A DNA stretch of 64,000 nucleotides from Candidatus Bathyarchaeota archaeon (GCA_963815095.1 CAWFFH010000005.1:96001-160000); one strand, 5' to 3'; shown: positions 19,987 through 30,867, counted from the first letter of the stretch. A program made the numbers and translations. The notes: generated by a model from the letters alone, not told the origin.

Positions 19987-22767
19987 TTAGGTGTGATCGT
20001 GTTTGCTTTGGTCTTCGGTTGTTTTGCTGAAATGCCTGACGAAAAACTTGCGGATTTCCTCAGCGAAAACAACTAATATAGCTAGCGAAATCAGGAATAT
20101 CCAGTCCGTGAGACCCAGTGCGGTGGTTCCAAAGAACTTTTGCATCAGCGGAACATACACCAAAAACGCCAAGATTGAAAGCTGCGATACTATACCCACA
20201 ACTATCCACTTGTTGGTTTTGAGGCTTGTTTTAAAGATAGATTGTCTGCTGGTTCGACTTGCCAACACGTTTCCGGCTTGTGCAACAACAATTCCTGCAA
20301 ATGTCATCGTGACACCTTTAGCATAAACCCCACTTGTATAGAACGAACTATCCGAAGTCAATGCCATACCGTAGTGCCAGCCTCCAGCCATCCAAGCGCT
20401 CAAGCATCCATACATGGCGCCTATTGCTATGATTACGCCGATGTAGAGTGAGCGCCCAAAGACTTTGCCTGTGAATAATCGTTCTTTGAGGCTTCTTGGT
20501 GGCTCTTCCATTATTCCTGCTTCTGGAGGTTCGCGGCTAAGCGCCAAGCTGGGAATAACGTCTATTGCTAAGTCGATAGCCAAAACTTGTACTACTAGCA
20601 GCGGCAATGGAATTGCCAAAACTGCGTAGAGTACATAGGGGATTAGTTCCGCCCAGTTGTGGGAGAAAACGTAAACGATGAACTTGCGGATGTTCTCATA
20701 GATTGCCCTGCCTGATTCAACCGCTTTAACAATTGATGCAAAGCTATCATTGAGCAAGACTATGTCGGCTGCTTCACGGGCAACGTCTGTGCCTGAAGCA
20801 CCCATGGCAACACCTATATCTGCTTCTTTTAGTGATGGGGCATCGTTTGCTCCGTCACCCGTAACCGCAACAACTTCACCACTTTCCTTGAGAACCTTAA
20901 CAATGCGAAGCTTCTGCTCAGGAGAAACCCGAGCAAAAATTACGTTGCCCTTTTTAACCTCATCCACAATGGCTTGGTCGTTTAAATCTTCAAGGTCCAC
21001 GCCGCGTATTACCTGGGCGAAATCCTTTTCGACTATTCCTACGTCCTGAGCTATAGATTGAGCTGTTGGACCATAATCACCTGTGATAATAACTGTCTTG
21101 ATTCCTGCTTGCTTTGCTTTTGCAACAGCGTCCTTTACTTCCGCTCTTGGAGGGTCACGCATTCCTGCTAATCCTACAAAGATAAGGTCATTTTCGACTT
21201 CTATGCCCTTCTTGTATTCGGATTTGGGCAATTGCTTGTAAGCTACCGCAATAACTCGCAAACCAGCATTAGCAAATTCGCGGATTCTTGCTTCAATCCA
21301 CTGCATATTTTCTTGGTTTAACTCGACAATTTTGCCTTCAATGAGAACTTTGGTGCAGACATCTAGGATGTTCCTTGGCGCACCCTTTGTGTAAATTAAG
21401 ACGTTGCCGTTTAATTTGTGAACGGTTGTCATACGTTTTCGCTCGAAGCTGAAGGGTAAAACATCAAGAATTGGTTTAGCAGCTAGGGCGTCTTGAATGT
21501 TAACGCTTGATTTAAGAGTGGCAACAAGCAAAGCTCCGTCGGTTGGGTCACCGATGACATTCCAGTTTCTATTTTTGTCCGATGGCGGATCCAGCTTGGA
21601 GCCATTGCAGAGGGCAGCAATCTCAAGAAGTTTCTCTAAAGAAGCCGTTTGCCCAATTTGCAATGGCTGACCATTTATTGTGAAATCGCCCTCAGGCTTG
21701 TAGCCTGCTCCAGATACGTCCACTACGTAATCAAAAACCCACAGCTTGTTAACTGTCATTTCTCCTTTGGTGATTGTGCCTGTTTTGTCGGTGCAAATGA
21801 CGGTTACGCTGCCCAAAGTTTGTACAGCCGACAGCCGCTTAACCACCACGTTCTGCTTAACCATCTTTAGCACATTGATGGCTAGGGCACTGGAAACTGT
21901 AACTTGCAAGCCTTCAGGGACACAACATACCATTACTCCAATCATGAATAGTATGCTTGTTGGTAGTGGTACTTTCAAGAAAAGAAAGCTGGCAATAAAG
22001 AAAATTGTACCTACGACTACTGCTATAATAAAATCGTACTTTGCTGTTAACGCTATTTCTTTTTGGAGAGGACTTTCTTCTTCCTTAATTGTCTGGGTTA
22101 AACTTGCGATTCTGCCAAACTGTGTTTCCATGCCTGTTGCATAAACAACTGCTTTGCCTTGACCTTTGGCAACACTAGTGCTCATGAAAACAAGGTTAGG
22201 CGAATACAAGTATGCTTTTTCAACAACTTTAGCTGGTTCAGCAGCACGAGGTTGGGGTTCAGATTCTCCAGTTAAAGGAACATTATTTGTCCATAAATCA
22301 AAAACTTCCATCAAGCGTGCATCCGCTGGAACTCGATCGCCTTCCTCCAAAAAGACAATATCTCCTGGAACAATTTCTCTAACTAAGATTTTTTTGAGTT
22401 CGCCATCTCGGAAAACTTTGGCGTATTCAGGCATCCAACTTTTGAGGGTTTCCATCGCTCTTTCCGCACGCGATTCTTGGAAGATGCTAACGAAAATGTT
22501 CACTAATACTACAGCTAGGATGATTAAGGCAAGTTCAGGACTGCCACTTGCATAAGAGAGAACGGCTGCAACAAGTAGTAGGATACCGAATAGGTCTTTG
22601 AGGTGTCTGATGAATTTGTGTATTAATGGGATTTGTCTTTTTTCAGAAAGTTTGTTGTAGCCATATTTTTTGAGGCGCAATTTAGCTTCTTGGCTTGTTA
22701 ATCCACTTGCTGATGTGTTTAGGTCATCGAAAACCTTGTTAATAGGCATAGAAGCAGCTTTTTCCAT
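19987..22767 (-). CDS. cation-transporting P-type ATPase (P2 type)
   Basis: LTGES, PEGL, DKTGT, KGAP, DPPR, TGD, GDGAND. Confidence 0.96.
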   Translation of the reverse strand: MEKAASMPINKVFDDLNTSASGLTSQEAKLRLKKYGYNKLSEKRQIPLIHKFIRHLKDLFGILLLVAAVLSYASGSPELALIILAVVLVNIFVSIFQESRAERAMETLKSWMPEYAKVFRDGELKKILVREIVPGDIVFLEEGDRVPADARLMEVFDLWTNNVPLTGESEPQPRAAEPAKVVEKAYLYSPNLVFMSTSVAKGQGKAVVYATGMETQFGRIASLTQTIKEEESPLQKEIALTAKYDFIIAVVVGTIFFIASFLFLKVPLPTSILFMIGVMVCCVPEGLQVTVSSALAINVLKMVKQNVVVKRLSAVQTLGSVTVICTDKTGTITKGEMTVNKLWVFDYVVDVSGAGYKPEGDFTINGQPLQIGQTASLEKLLEIAALCNGSKLDPPSDKNRNWNVIGDPTDGALLVATLKSSVNIQDALAAKPILDVLPFSFERKRMTTVHKLNGNVLIYTKGAPRNILDVCTKVLIEGKIVELNQENMQWIEARIREFANAGLRVIAVAYKQLPKSEYKKGIEVENDLIFVGLAGMRDPPRAEVKDAVAKAKQAGIKTVIITGDYGPTAQSIAQDVGIVEKDFAQVIRGVDLEDLNDQAIVDEVKKGNVIFARVSPEQKLRIVKVLKESGEVVAVTGDGANDAPSLKEADIGVAMGASGTDVAREAADIVLLNDSFASIVKAVESGRAIYENIRKFIVYVFSHNWAELIPYVLYAVLAIPLPLLVVQVLAIDLAIDVIPSLALSREPPEAGIMEEPPRSLKERLFTGKVFGRSLYIGVIIAIGAMYGCLSAWMAGGWHYGMALTSDSSFYTSGVYAKGVTMTFAGIVVAQAGNVLASRTSRQSIFKTSLKTNKWIVVGIVSQLSILAFLVYVPLMQKFFGTTALGLTDWIFLISLAILVVFAEEIRKFFVRHFSKTTEDQSKHDHT

Positions 22768-23398
22768 GTTATTCCGCCAAAATCTTTGTTACTTTGGTTT
22801 TAAGTCATCCTCGACAAAATCTGAAGATGAAGGATGCTAAGGGCACATGAAACAATGCGTTATTTTGATGAACTGGAAAGTTATGATTCATTAATATCCT
22901 CGATAGCTGATTTCATGACGCCATTTTTGGCGATTGTTTTTGAATTATTATCGATTATTGCATTTAAACTAATCGCAGATAAAAGTGTATTTAACTGACA
23001 AGAAATAAAGCAGAACAATGAATATTGTGCAAACGCCTTCTCGTCCATTTAATAGTTTCGCTCCTTAAGCTCCGAATACTTGTTAAGCAGAAAAATAAAA
23101 CTGATTTATTCTTTTTTGCGAATTAGCCTTAACCAACTTGCAAAGTCCAATTAACCGCGCGCTTTTTAGTTCGCACTGTCTTCGACAGGACATTTTCTGA
23201 GAAAAAACGCTCAAAAAGTCATCAAACGTCAATTTTTTACCTCAACTGTTTTCAAAGAATCATGCCATAAGGTTAATAGGCTACAAACTCACTTTCCATG
23301 TAGTTTACCAATTTCAAGAGAGAGTAAATAATGCTTCAAATAATTAAAAAACGAGTCTTTCAAGTAATAAATTCAATTAATTTGGAGTTTGAATAACT

Positions 23399-25615
23399 AT
23401 GGCGCGTTATAGGCAAACTGAAGAAATTGTAAAACTGATGGAAACACCCATTTTTATACGCAATACCAGCATCATCGCCCACGTTGACCATGGAAAAACA
23501 ACCCTCGCCGACAGCCTTCTAGCATCGGCAGGAATCATCAGTACCCAAACAGCAGGACAGAAACTGTTCCTCGACTCATGGGACCTTGAGCAGAAACGTC
23601 AAATGACCGTTTTCGCGTCAAACGTCAGCCTCGTCCACACTTACCAAGAAAAAGATTATCTAATTAACTTAATCGACACACCAGGCCACATTGACTTTTC
23701 AGGCGCAGTAACAAGAAGCCTGCGAGCAGTTGACGGCGCACTCGTGGTTGTCGATGCAGTTGAGGGACCAATGACTCAGACTGAAACCGTTCTAATGCAA
23801 GCCCTAAGAGAACGCGTAAAGCCAATTCTATTTATCAACAAAGTTGACCGATTGATCAAAGAAATTAAACTTTCTCCCCAAGAAATCCAGAAGAAATTTG
23901 CAAAGATTCTCCTAAGAGTTAACACTTTAATCGAGAAATATGCACCTGCCGAGCACAAGAAAGACTGGCAAGTAACAATTGAAGATAGTCGTGTAGCATT
24001 TGGGTCAGCCCTTCACAAATGGGGTTTAAACCTCGATCATATGAAAATGAAGAAAGTCTCCTTCCAAGACATCATTGATGCTTACACTGGTGACCCAATT
24101 GAAGTCGGTAGAAAAGTCGATGAACTCAGCAAAAAAGCACCATTGCCAGAACCAATCTTGGACATGTTCTGCAAACACTTACCAAACCCACTTGAAGCAC
24201 AGCCCTACAGGCAGCCCCAAATTTGGCCAGGCGACGTAGACTCACCAACAGGTCGGGGAATGGCAACAGTTGATCCTAAAGCACCGTTGCTTATGTGCAT
24301 CTCCACCATCGAAGTTGACCCACACAGCGGAACAGTTGCAATCGGCAGAATTTTCAGCGGTTCGATCGAGAGAGGCAAAACCGTTCAACTTTTAAGCAGC
24401 AATCAAAAAGGCACTATTCAACAAGTTTTCATGAGTATGGCCACTGATCGTGTTCTTATTGACCGTGTTCCAGCAGGCAACATTGGAGCTATTTCTGGTC
24501 TTCCATCCATCCATGTCGGAGAAACCATTGCTGAAGAAGGCCAAGTAGTTCATTCTTTCGAAGGCTTAAATTACGTTTCAGACCCAGTCGTAACTGTTGC
24601 TGTTGAACCAGAAGACGTCAAAGACTTACCCTTATTCGATAAAGTCATGCACAAACTCACAACTGAAGACCCCAACTTGCACTTCATTATGAATAAAGAA
24701 AGCGGCGAATTCCTCTTGTCCGGTATGGGTGAACTTCACCTTGAAATCACCGCTTACCGAATGCAGGAAGCAGGCTTAAAAGTTAAACTCAGCAAACCAA
24801 TCGTCATCTTCAGAGAAACCATCAGTCACGATTACAAGGGACCAGCAATCATGGGTAAAAGCCCTAACAAACACAACAAACTCTGGATAACCATCGATAA
24901 ACTCTCACCAGAAGTCATCGAAGCAATTAAATCTGAAAAAATCACTGACATGCAAAGCCGAGATGAACGAACCAAAACTTTAAGGGCACTTGGCTGGACA
25001 CCAGACGAAGCCAAAGGCGCTGTAGCAGTTGAAGAAAACTGCATACTCTGCAACCGAATCAGAGGACGCCAATATGTAGAAGAAATCATTGACCACATAA
25101 AGACCGGGTTCCGAGAAGCAGTCCACACATCCCCCCTCGCTAAAGAACCAGCTTACGGCTTAAAAATCAACTTAGAAGACATAACCCTTCACGAAGACCC
25201 AGTCCACCGCGGCCCCGCTCAAGCTATCCCCATGACTTGGAGGCCAATCTACTGTGCTATTCTCTTAAGCGATCCGAAACTGCTTGAGCCATTGATGAGT
25301 TTTGAATGTAAAGTTCCAAGCGAATATGTTAGTGCCGTCATCACAATGCTAAACAAACGACGCGGAAAAATTCTCGACATGCCCTCAGAAGACGACATAA
25401 TCACCGTTAAAGCAGAAATGCCAGTTTCCGAAAGCTTCGGCATAGCTGACGAATTACGTGGTTCAACTTCAGGAAGAGCCTTCTGGGCAACACAGTTCGC
25501 TCGTTGGGCATATGTTCCAGAGCAGATGCAAGCTGAAACTGTAAAGAAGATCCGCGAACGTAGAGGATTACCACCAGTTCCACCAAAGGCAGAAGAATAC
25601 TTCGAAAAAGAATAA
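23399..25615 (+). CDS. fusA: elongation factor 2 (divergent, possibly paralogue aEF-2p)
   Basis: AHVDHGKTT, DTPGH, NKVD, GMGELHLE, diphthamide loop HEDPVHRGPAQ; switch I is RQMT. Confidence 0.92.
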   Translation: MARYRQTEEIVKLMETPIFIRNTSIIAHVDHGKTTLADSLLASAGIISTQTAGQKLFLDSWDLEQKRQMTVFASNVSLVHTYQEKDYLINLIDTPGHIDFSGAVTRSLRAVDGALVVVDAVEGPMTQTETVLMQALRERVKPILFINKVDRLIKEIKLSPQEIQKKFAKILLRVNTLIEKYAPAEHKKDWQVTIEDSRVAFGSALHKWGLNLDHMKMKKVSFQDIIDAYTGDPIEVGRKVDELSKKAPLPEPILDMFCKHLPNPLEAQPYRQPQIWPGDVDSPTGRGMATVDPKAPLLMCISTIEVDPHSGTVAIGRIFSGSIERGKTVQLLSSNQKGTIQQVFMSMATDRVLIDRVPAGNIGAISGLPSIHVGETIAEEGQVVHSFEGLNYVSDPVVTVAVEPEDVKDLPLFDKVMHKLTTEDPNLHFIMNKESGEFLLSGMGELHLEITAYRMQEAGLKVKLSKPIVIFRETISHDYKGPAIMGKSPNKHNKLWITIDKLSPEVIEAIKSEKITDMQSRDERTKTLRALGWTPDEAKGAVAVEENCILCNRIRGRQYVEEIIDHIKTGFREAVHTSPLAKEPAYGLKINLEDITLHEDPVHRGPAQAIPMTWRPIYCAILLSDPKLLEPLMSFECKVPSEYVSAVITMLNKRRGKILDMPSEDDIITVKAEMPVSESFGIADELRGSTSGRAFWATQFARWAYVPEQMQAETVKKIRERRGLPPVPPKAEEYFEKE

Positions 25616-25744
25616 TATTCTTTTTCTTTAATTTTGAATTTAGTTTTTTTAAAGTAAAGTTTTTCTTCTCATTATATAGAATCCTGCTTGCTTTTTGGGG
25701 TAAGGCTTTAATGCCAATATTGGATTAAGGTTTAGTGACGATTT

Positions 25745-26335
25745 ATGATAATTGGAATCTGTGGTAGTCCCCGAAAACAAGCCACCGAACACGTTTTGGA
25801 AGAAGCGCTAAAAATGCTGGCGGAGAAGGGTTATGAAACCAAGTTGTGGTCAGTCCACGGCAAATGGGTTGACTATTGCGCACACTGCGATTACTGCCTT
25901 AAAAACAAGGAATGCGTAGTTCAGGATGATTTACAGGAGCTCTATGCGCTATTGACTGGTTGCCAAGGCATCATTTTTGCGTCACCTGTCTACAACGGTG
26001 GAGTAAGCGCCCAAACCAAAGCTGTTATGGACCGTATGCGTGCGGTACTTGCGGCAGACAAAAACTTTTTCAAGGGCAAAGTCGGCATGGGCATCGTTAC
26101 AGGCGGCGACAGGAACGGCGGGCAAGAGTTTGCTCTTATGCAGATGCATTCATTTTTTATAATTAATGGAATGATTCCGGTAGGCGGTGGATTCTTTGGC
26201 GCGAATTTAGGTGCAACTTTCTGGTCTAAGGACACCCTTGAAGGCGTCAAGCAAGATGAGGAAGGCTTCCGCAGCCTAAAGAAAACCACAAAACGGTTCG
26301 CTGAGTATTTAGAACTTTACAATAAAAAGCAATAA
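25745..26335 (+). CDS. iron-sulfur flavoprotein (Isf / flavodoxin-like)
   Basis: GSPR, CAHCDYC-x5-C, ASPVY, RNGGQE. Confidence 0.9.
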   Translation: MIIGICGSPRKQATEHVLEEALKMLAEKGYETKLWSVHGKWVDYCAHCDYCLKNKECVVQDDLQELYALLTGCQGIIFASPVYNGGVSAQTKAVMDRMRAVLAADKNFFKGKVGMGIVTGGDRNGGQEFALMQMHSFFIINGMIPVGGGFFGANLGATFWSKDTLEGVKQDEEGFRSLKKTTKRFAEYLELYNKKQ

Positions 26336-26345
26336 TGTGAGTTTT

Positions 26346-26930
26346 ATGACTGAAGTAAAAGTTAAGAAACGAAAAGTTGCCTGGGGTATCACGGGCGCTG
26401 GCGACAAAATCGCTGAAATCATCGAAATCATGAAAGACCTCAAAGCCCAATCCGAAGACACCGTGCAAATTGATGTTTACCTCTCCAAAGCCGCCGAAAC
26501 AATGATAAAATTCTATGGCCTAGAAGAGGAATTAAAGAAGAGTTTTGCCAAGGTAACGGTTGAGACAAATTCGAATATCCCTTTCCTTGCTGGAATGATG
26601 CAGAGCAACAAATACGAGTTCCTCCTGATTATGCCCGCATCCTCAAACACGGTTGCTAAATTAGTCAACGGGATAGGCGACACCCTAATCACAAACTCGG
26701 CAATAATGAGCCTCAAAGCATTCGTGCCCGTCTGGGTTATGCCCGTGGACTACAAAGAAAGCGTAATCTCCACCAAGTTGCCCAACGGCAAAGATATGAA
26801 AATCCGCGTCCGCAAAGAAGAAGCTGATCAAGTCCGCAAGCTGGAAGCCACAGAGGACGTGCACGTGTTCGAGAACCCTGAGAAAGTACGGGAAGGCTTT
26901 TTGGAGTGGCTAAAAACCATTAAACCCTAA
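26346..26930 (+). CDS. afpA: archaeal flavoprotein AfpA family
   Basis: VAWGITGAGD, PASSNTVAK, GIGDTL, MPVD, IRVRKEE. Confidence 0.85.
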   Translation: MTEVKVKKRKVAWGITGAGDKIAEIIEIMKDLKAQSEDTVQIDVYLSKAAETMIKFYGLEEELKKSFAKVTVETNSNIPFLAGMMQSNKYEFLLIMPASSNTVAKLVNGIGDTLITNSAIMSLKAFVPVWVMPVDYKESVISTKLPNGKDMKIRVRKEEADQVRKLEATEDVHVFENPEKVREGFLEWLKTIKP

Positions 26931-26932
26931 CT

Positions 26933-27295
26933 TTACGCTATGGATTTTTGGAATGCTGCTGTGTCAAAATAAATAGCGAGCGAAGCTAGTTTTCCGTCTT
27001 TTATTTTCCAAATTTCCTCAACCTCGCTTGAGAAACTATTTCCCTTGGGAGAGGTGAGGTCATAACTAATTAAAGCACAGGCGTTTTCGTTTTCAACAAT
27101 TATCTGTTTTATTTTTAGGCTTTTTATCATCTTGAAGAAATTGTTGTTGACAAAAAGCTCCTTTCGTTTTGATTCTTTGGCTACCGTTCCAGTTAGGAGA
27201 ATTTCTTCCGATAACATTGAGTGCCAGGCTCCTTTTTTTGAAAGACCTTCATAATACTTCTTTAAAATCTCTTTAGTTTCTGATACAGTATCCAT
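26933..27295 (-). CDS. SnoaL/NTF2-like protein
   Basis: 120 aa; ends IKDGKLASLAIYFDT. Confidence 0.8.
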   Translation of the reverse strand: MDTVSETKEILKKYYEGLSKKGAWHSMLSEEILLTGTVAKESKRKELFVNNNFFKMIKSLKIKQIIVENENACALISYDLTSPKGNSFSSEVEEIWKIKDGKLASLAIYFDTAAFQKSIA

Positions 27296-27486
27296 TTTTT
27301 TACCTTCTAAAAATTAGTCTAAGAGACTCAAGTTTTTTTGGAACTTAAACCTTTTGACGACAGCAAGCAATTGTAAATCGAGAACGGAAAAATTTCCTAA
27401 ATAATCTTTTGAACTACAGCCTATTCAGAACTAAAGAAATAAAAAATTGGTGAGGCTCAATTTGAGCCAACAATCGTTGGTTTCGT

Positions 27487-28341
27487 TTAGTTGAATTCTT
27501 TTCTTTCGAATAGAATCAAGCCTAAGATTGCAGTGACAGCGAAGTATATTGCCATGATAGCAATTCCTTCAGGAATTGTTGCGTTGTATGTTGTTAAGGT
27601 GGGTCCACCTCCGCCTGGACGTAGGCTGGTTGTGGTCATGTGGAGGGGATAGGGCGATGTTAATACGTTGCCGATAATTTGGGAGCCATATGTTAAGATG
27701 AACCAAGGCTCAATTTGGACAAGTCCCGCGACAAGTGATTGTATTAGTGTGAATACGAACAGGAACAGTATCGCTGTGAGCAAGATAGACATGGAGCTGC
27801 TTTTGAAGAGTGAGCTAAAGAAGAAAGTGAACCCAAGAACTGCAACTAGGTACAGTAGCGCGAACAGTAGTGACTCGCCGAATTGGCTGGGTACGCCTGA
27901 GAAGTAGTATAAGCCGTTTCCTAGTGTGACGCTTGTAAAGACGCCAAGTATGGAGATTGATGCTATGAATGCTGCGATCCATTTTCCTATGTAGATGGAT
28001 GATCGTCTGATGGGGTTTGGTACTCCGAAGTAACCTGTTTTATTTTGGAATTCGCCTGAAATTGCGTCGCCGCCAAAGAAGATTCCGGAGAGAATAATCA
28101 CAAATGTAACTGAGGTGCCCCACCAACTGCTGTAGAAGCCAAGTTCAGAGGTTAGAAAGCCAGCTGGACGGTAGTATCCTACAAGAACAGTGAGGAGCGC
28201 ACTTATCAGCGCTGTTATAATTAGCATAATGAAGAATCGACGGGACCTTATGTAGTCGAGAAGAGTGTACTTGGTGATTATGCCGACTTGGACAATACTG
28301 CTTGGTACAACATTTTTTGATTCAAAGTTTGTTTGGGTCAT
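27487..28341 (-). CDS. ABC-2 type transporter permease
   Basis: GGDAISGEFQNKT, PIRRSSIYIGK, six TM helices. Confidence 0.9.
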   Translation of the reverse strand: MTQTNFESKNVVPSSIVQVGIITKYTLLDYIRSRRFFIMLIITALISALLTVLVGYYRPAGFLTSELGFYSSWWGTSVTFVIILSGIFFGGDAISGEFQNKTGYFGVPNPIRRSSIYIGKWIAAFIASISILGVFTSVTLGNGLYYFSGVPSQFGESLLFALLYLVAVLGFTFFFSSLFKSSSMSILLTAILFLFVFTLIQSLVAGLVQIEPWFILTYGSQIIGNVLTSPYPLHMTTTSLRPGGGGPTLTTYNATIPEGIAIMAIYFAVTAILGLILFERKEFN

Positions 28342-28347
28342 ATTTTA

Positions 28348-29289
28348 TCACAACGTGGCGGTTATGAGTTTAAGGTACACATCTTCAAGTTCCGATGACG
28401 CAGCTTTGTAGCTGACAACGCCAATGTTAAGTTTGACTATGTCGTTTAGGAGACGTTCTTGGACAGCTAATCCGCCTTTGAAGCTTATTTTGAGGTCTTT
28501 GTCGTCAATTTTTTCCGCATTAACCACATCTGGTAATACGGCGATGGTTTGGGATACAATTTGGGGGTCCACTGGACGTGCTAATCCGATTTCAACAACG
28601 TTGTTTCCGCCTGAGAATTTTGCTGTCACATGGGGCAGAGTGTCGTAAACGATTAGTTTGCCGTGGTTTATCATGGCGACTTCGTCGCAGACATCAGAAA
28701 CTTCGCTTAGAATGTGGGAGCTCATGAATATGAGGCGGTTTTTCCCTTTGAGTCCTTTGATGATATCTCTGACTTCGCTCATACCTCGCGGGTCAAGTCC
28801 TGTGGTGGGTTCATCTAAAAGGATTACTTGTGGGTCACTTAGTAATGCAGAGGCAATGCAGATTCGTTGTTTCATGCCCTTAGAAAACTTGCCAATACGC
28901 TTGTCAATCCATTCTTCCATGCGTAATTCTGCTGTGACATCTTCCACACGTTTCTTTCGCTCAACATGCGGTATCCCCCGTATCTCTGCAATCATCGTCA
29001 AGGCTTCTCTTGGCGTAAGGGAACTGTAAATTTCTGGGGTTTCAATAAGTGTACCCACACATTCAAGTGCTTCTTTCTTGTGGGTATGCACGTTTACACC
29101 GTTTATGAGGGCTTGTCCCTTGGTTGGTTTAATCAGGTCGGTGAACATTTTTAGGGCGGTTGTTTTTCCTGCCCCGTTAGGTCCAAGGAAACCGACGCAT
29201 TTTGTGCCCTCAATCTTTAAGTTTAAATCAGAGAGAGCGCAGAATGAGCCGTACTCTTTTGTTAAATTAATTGCTTCTATTGATGGCAT
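28348..29289 (-). CDS. ABC transporter ATP-binding protein
   Basis: GPNGAGKTT, FSKGMKQR, LLDEPT, SSH. Confidence 0.95.
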   Translation of the reverse strand: MPSIEAINLTKEYGSFCALSDLNLKIEGTKCVGFLGPNGAGKTTALKMFTDLIKPTKGQALINGVNVHTHKKEALECVGTLIETPEIYSSLTPREALTMIAEIRGIPHVERKKRVEDVTAELRMEEWIDKRIGKFSKGMKQRICIASALLSDPQVILLDEPTTGLDPRGMSEVRDIIKGLKGKNRLIFMSSHILSEVSDVCDEVAMINHGKLIVYDTLPHVTAKFSGGNNVVEIGLARPVDPQIVSQTIAVLPDVVNAEKIDDKDLKISFKGGLAVQERLLNDIVKLNIGVVSYKAASSELEDVYLKLITATL

Positions 29290-29546
29290 CGATATCTCTT
29301 CTTCGCAAAACGTTACAGAGCGGTGGCTTAAAAGGAATACCCAAATGGGGCAAAGATACCTAACGAACCAATTTACAATATGACAACCGAAAATGACGAC
29401 GCGTCGATAAAAAATTGATTTTCATTTTTTAGGAATTAACTTTTGGTTTGGGGAAAGTATTTTAACCCAACGCATTTGTACTTGAGCATCAGCTGTGCAG
29501 AGGCTTCAATAAATAATGAAAATTCATCGCTTAAAACTCAGGTAGG

Positions 29547-30098
29547 TTGTTTCACGTGCCCTTTCAGAGTGCCACAGAATATGTTTTTATGCGATTTTTC
29601 CGCTTGTTCATCAAGCTGCCTTTGAGGGGGCTTATCCATTTGTTTTCACAGCAAGTAAATTTTACGGATTATTTTGTGGGATTTGAGAAAAACCGTGCGG
29701 TCCAAGGAATATTCGGGGAACAGACCGAGCAGGTTCTCAAACGCCTCAAAGTAGATTTTATCTGGTTCGGTTACATGGGCGTAAACGATGATGACGGGCA
29801 CTTAATGGTGAACAAACGTTACCTTGCCACTGGACGCAAACTAGACCTCTACCTCGATGTTATCCATGAACTCTGCCACGTAAAACAGCATATGAACGGC
29901 AGGGAACTTTTTGACCCTCGATACGACTACGTGGACCGCCCAACAGAAATCGAAGCCTACCGCTACGCGGCACAAGAAGCCAAACTCATCGGGCTAAACT
30001 CAGCCGATATTCGCCTATACCTCAAAACTGAAATGATGAGCCAAAAAGCATTAGAGAAGCTAATTGGAAACATGGGAGTAGACCTTAAAGAAAACTGA
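29547..30098 (+). CDS. putative HExxH metallopeptidase-like protein (start possibly TTG 29640)
   Basis: IHELCHVKQ followed by PTEIEAY. Confidence 0.7.
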   Translation: MFHVPFQSATEYVFMRFFRLFIKLPLRGLIHLFSQQVNFTDYFVGFEKNRAVQGIFGEQTEQVLKRLKVDFIWFGYMGVNDDDGHLMVNKRYLATGRKLDLYLDVIHELCHVKQHMNGRELFDPRYDYVDRPTEIEAYRYAAQEAKLIGLNSADIRLYLKTEMMSQKALEKLIGNMGVDLKEN

Positions 30099-30867
30099 TT
30101 TTTCAGAAATAAACTTTTAGCCCCGCTATTGATGAGGCCCTATAACCTCAGATTTATGTTAAATCTCACAGCGACGAAAGAGAGCCTTATACCAAACCGT
30201 TCCGTTGAATTGCTAAGCTTTTAGACGAATAAGCGCAGATGGCGTATCGGCTTCTTTTTTGGAACCGAAACATTTGAATTTTCTTTAGCTTGTTTTCTTC
30301 CTTTCTTTGTAGGGCAGCTTATGGGCGATCTTCTGGTTTGAAGAGATCTATGTTGATTCTTGAAAGTGCCTTAAAACTAAAAGGTAAGGATTCAGTCGGG
30401 TTTATTTTTATTTTTTTTTTTAGAAATTATGACCATTTAAATAAACGAAGACACATGGGACACATTGAGTTTTGGTTGCTTTCAACTTTTGTGGCTTGTG
30501 GTTGTTTTGGTATCTGGCCGATTTCTGGATAAGAAACGACTAACTATCCTTTTTCTTAGTTTCCACATTTGTTATTTCTTATGTTCCTGGGACGATGGTG
30601 TGGCTATAATTGCACAAAACGCATTTGAAAAACATAGGATTTCAAAATCATCCCATTTTTTATACTCTATATTTTGAGAAAAATTCTTCTTATCCTTATG
30701 TAAAAAAACTCGGACTTGCTCGGTCAGGGCAAGGTTATTAAAAAGCTAGTGTCTAATGAATCATAACTGATATGATGAAATGGGGAGACTTGGAAGATTG
30801 GCTTGACCCATCTCAGTAGTGTCCCGAGGTTAGTAAAGCTGATAACTTTTCATCTTGCAAGGAGTGA

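Noticed and set aside
22820-22890. Possible C/D sRNA upstream of the P-type ATPase (ATGAAGG...ATGA...TTGATGA...ATGA)
   Set aside because: Boxes are degenerate and I could not match the guides to archaeal rRNA
30129-30200. Hammerhead ribozyme or C/D sRNA (TTGATGAGGCC...GACGAAAG, AGATTTA/TAAATCT hairpin)
   Set aside because: Core lacks CTGATGA with a closing stem II; no convincing D boxes or guide target
30290-30677. ORFs 30290-30532 and 30465-30677
   Set aside because: Low-complexity T-rich sequence, no RBS or motifs
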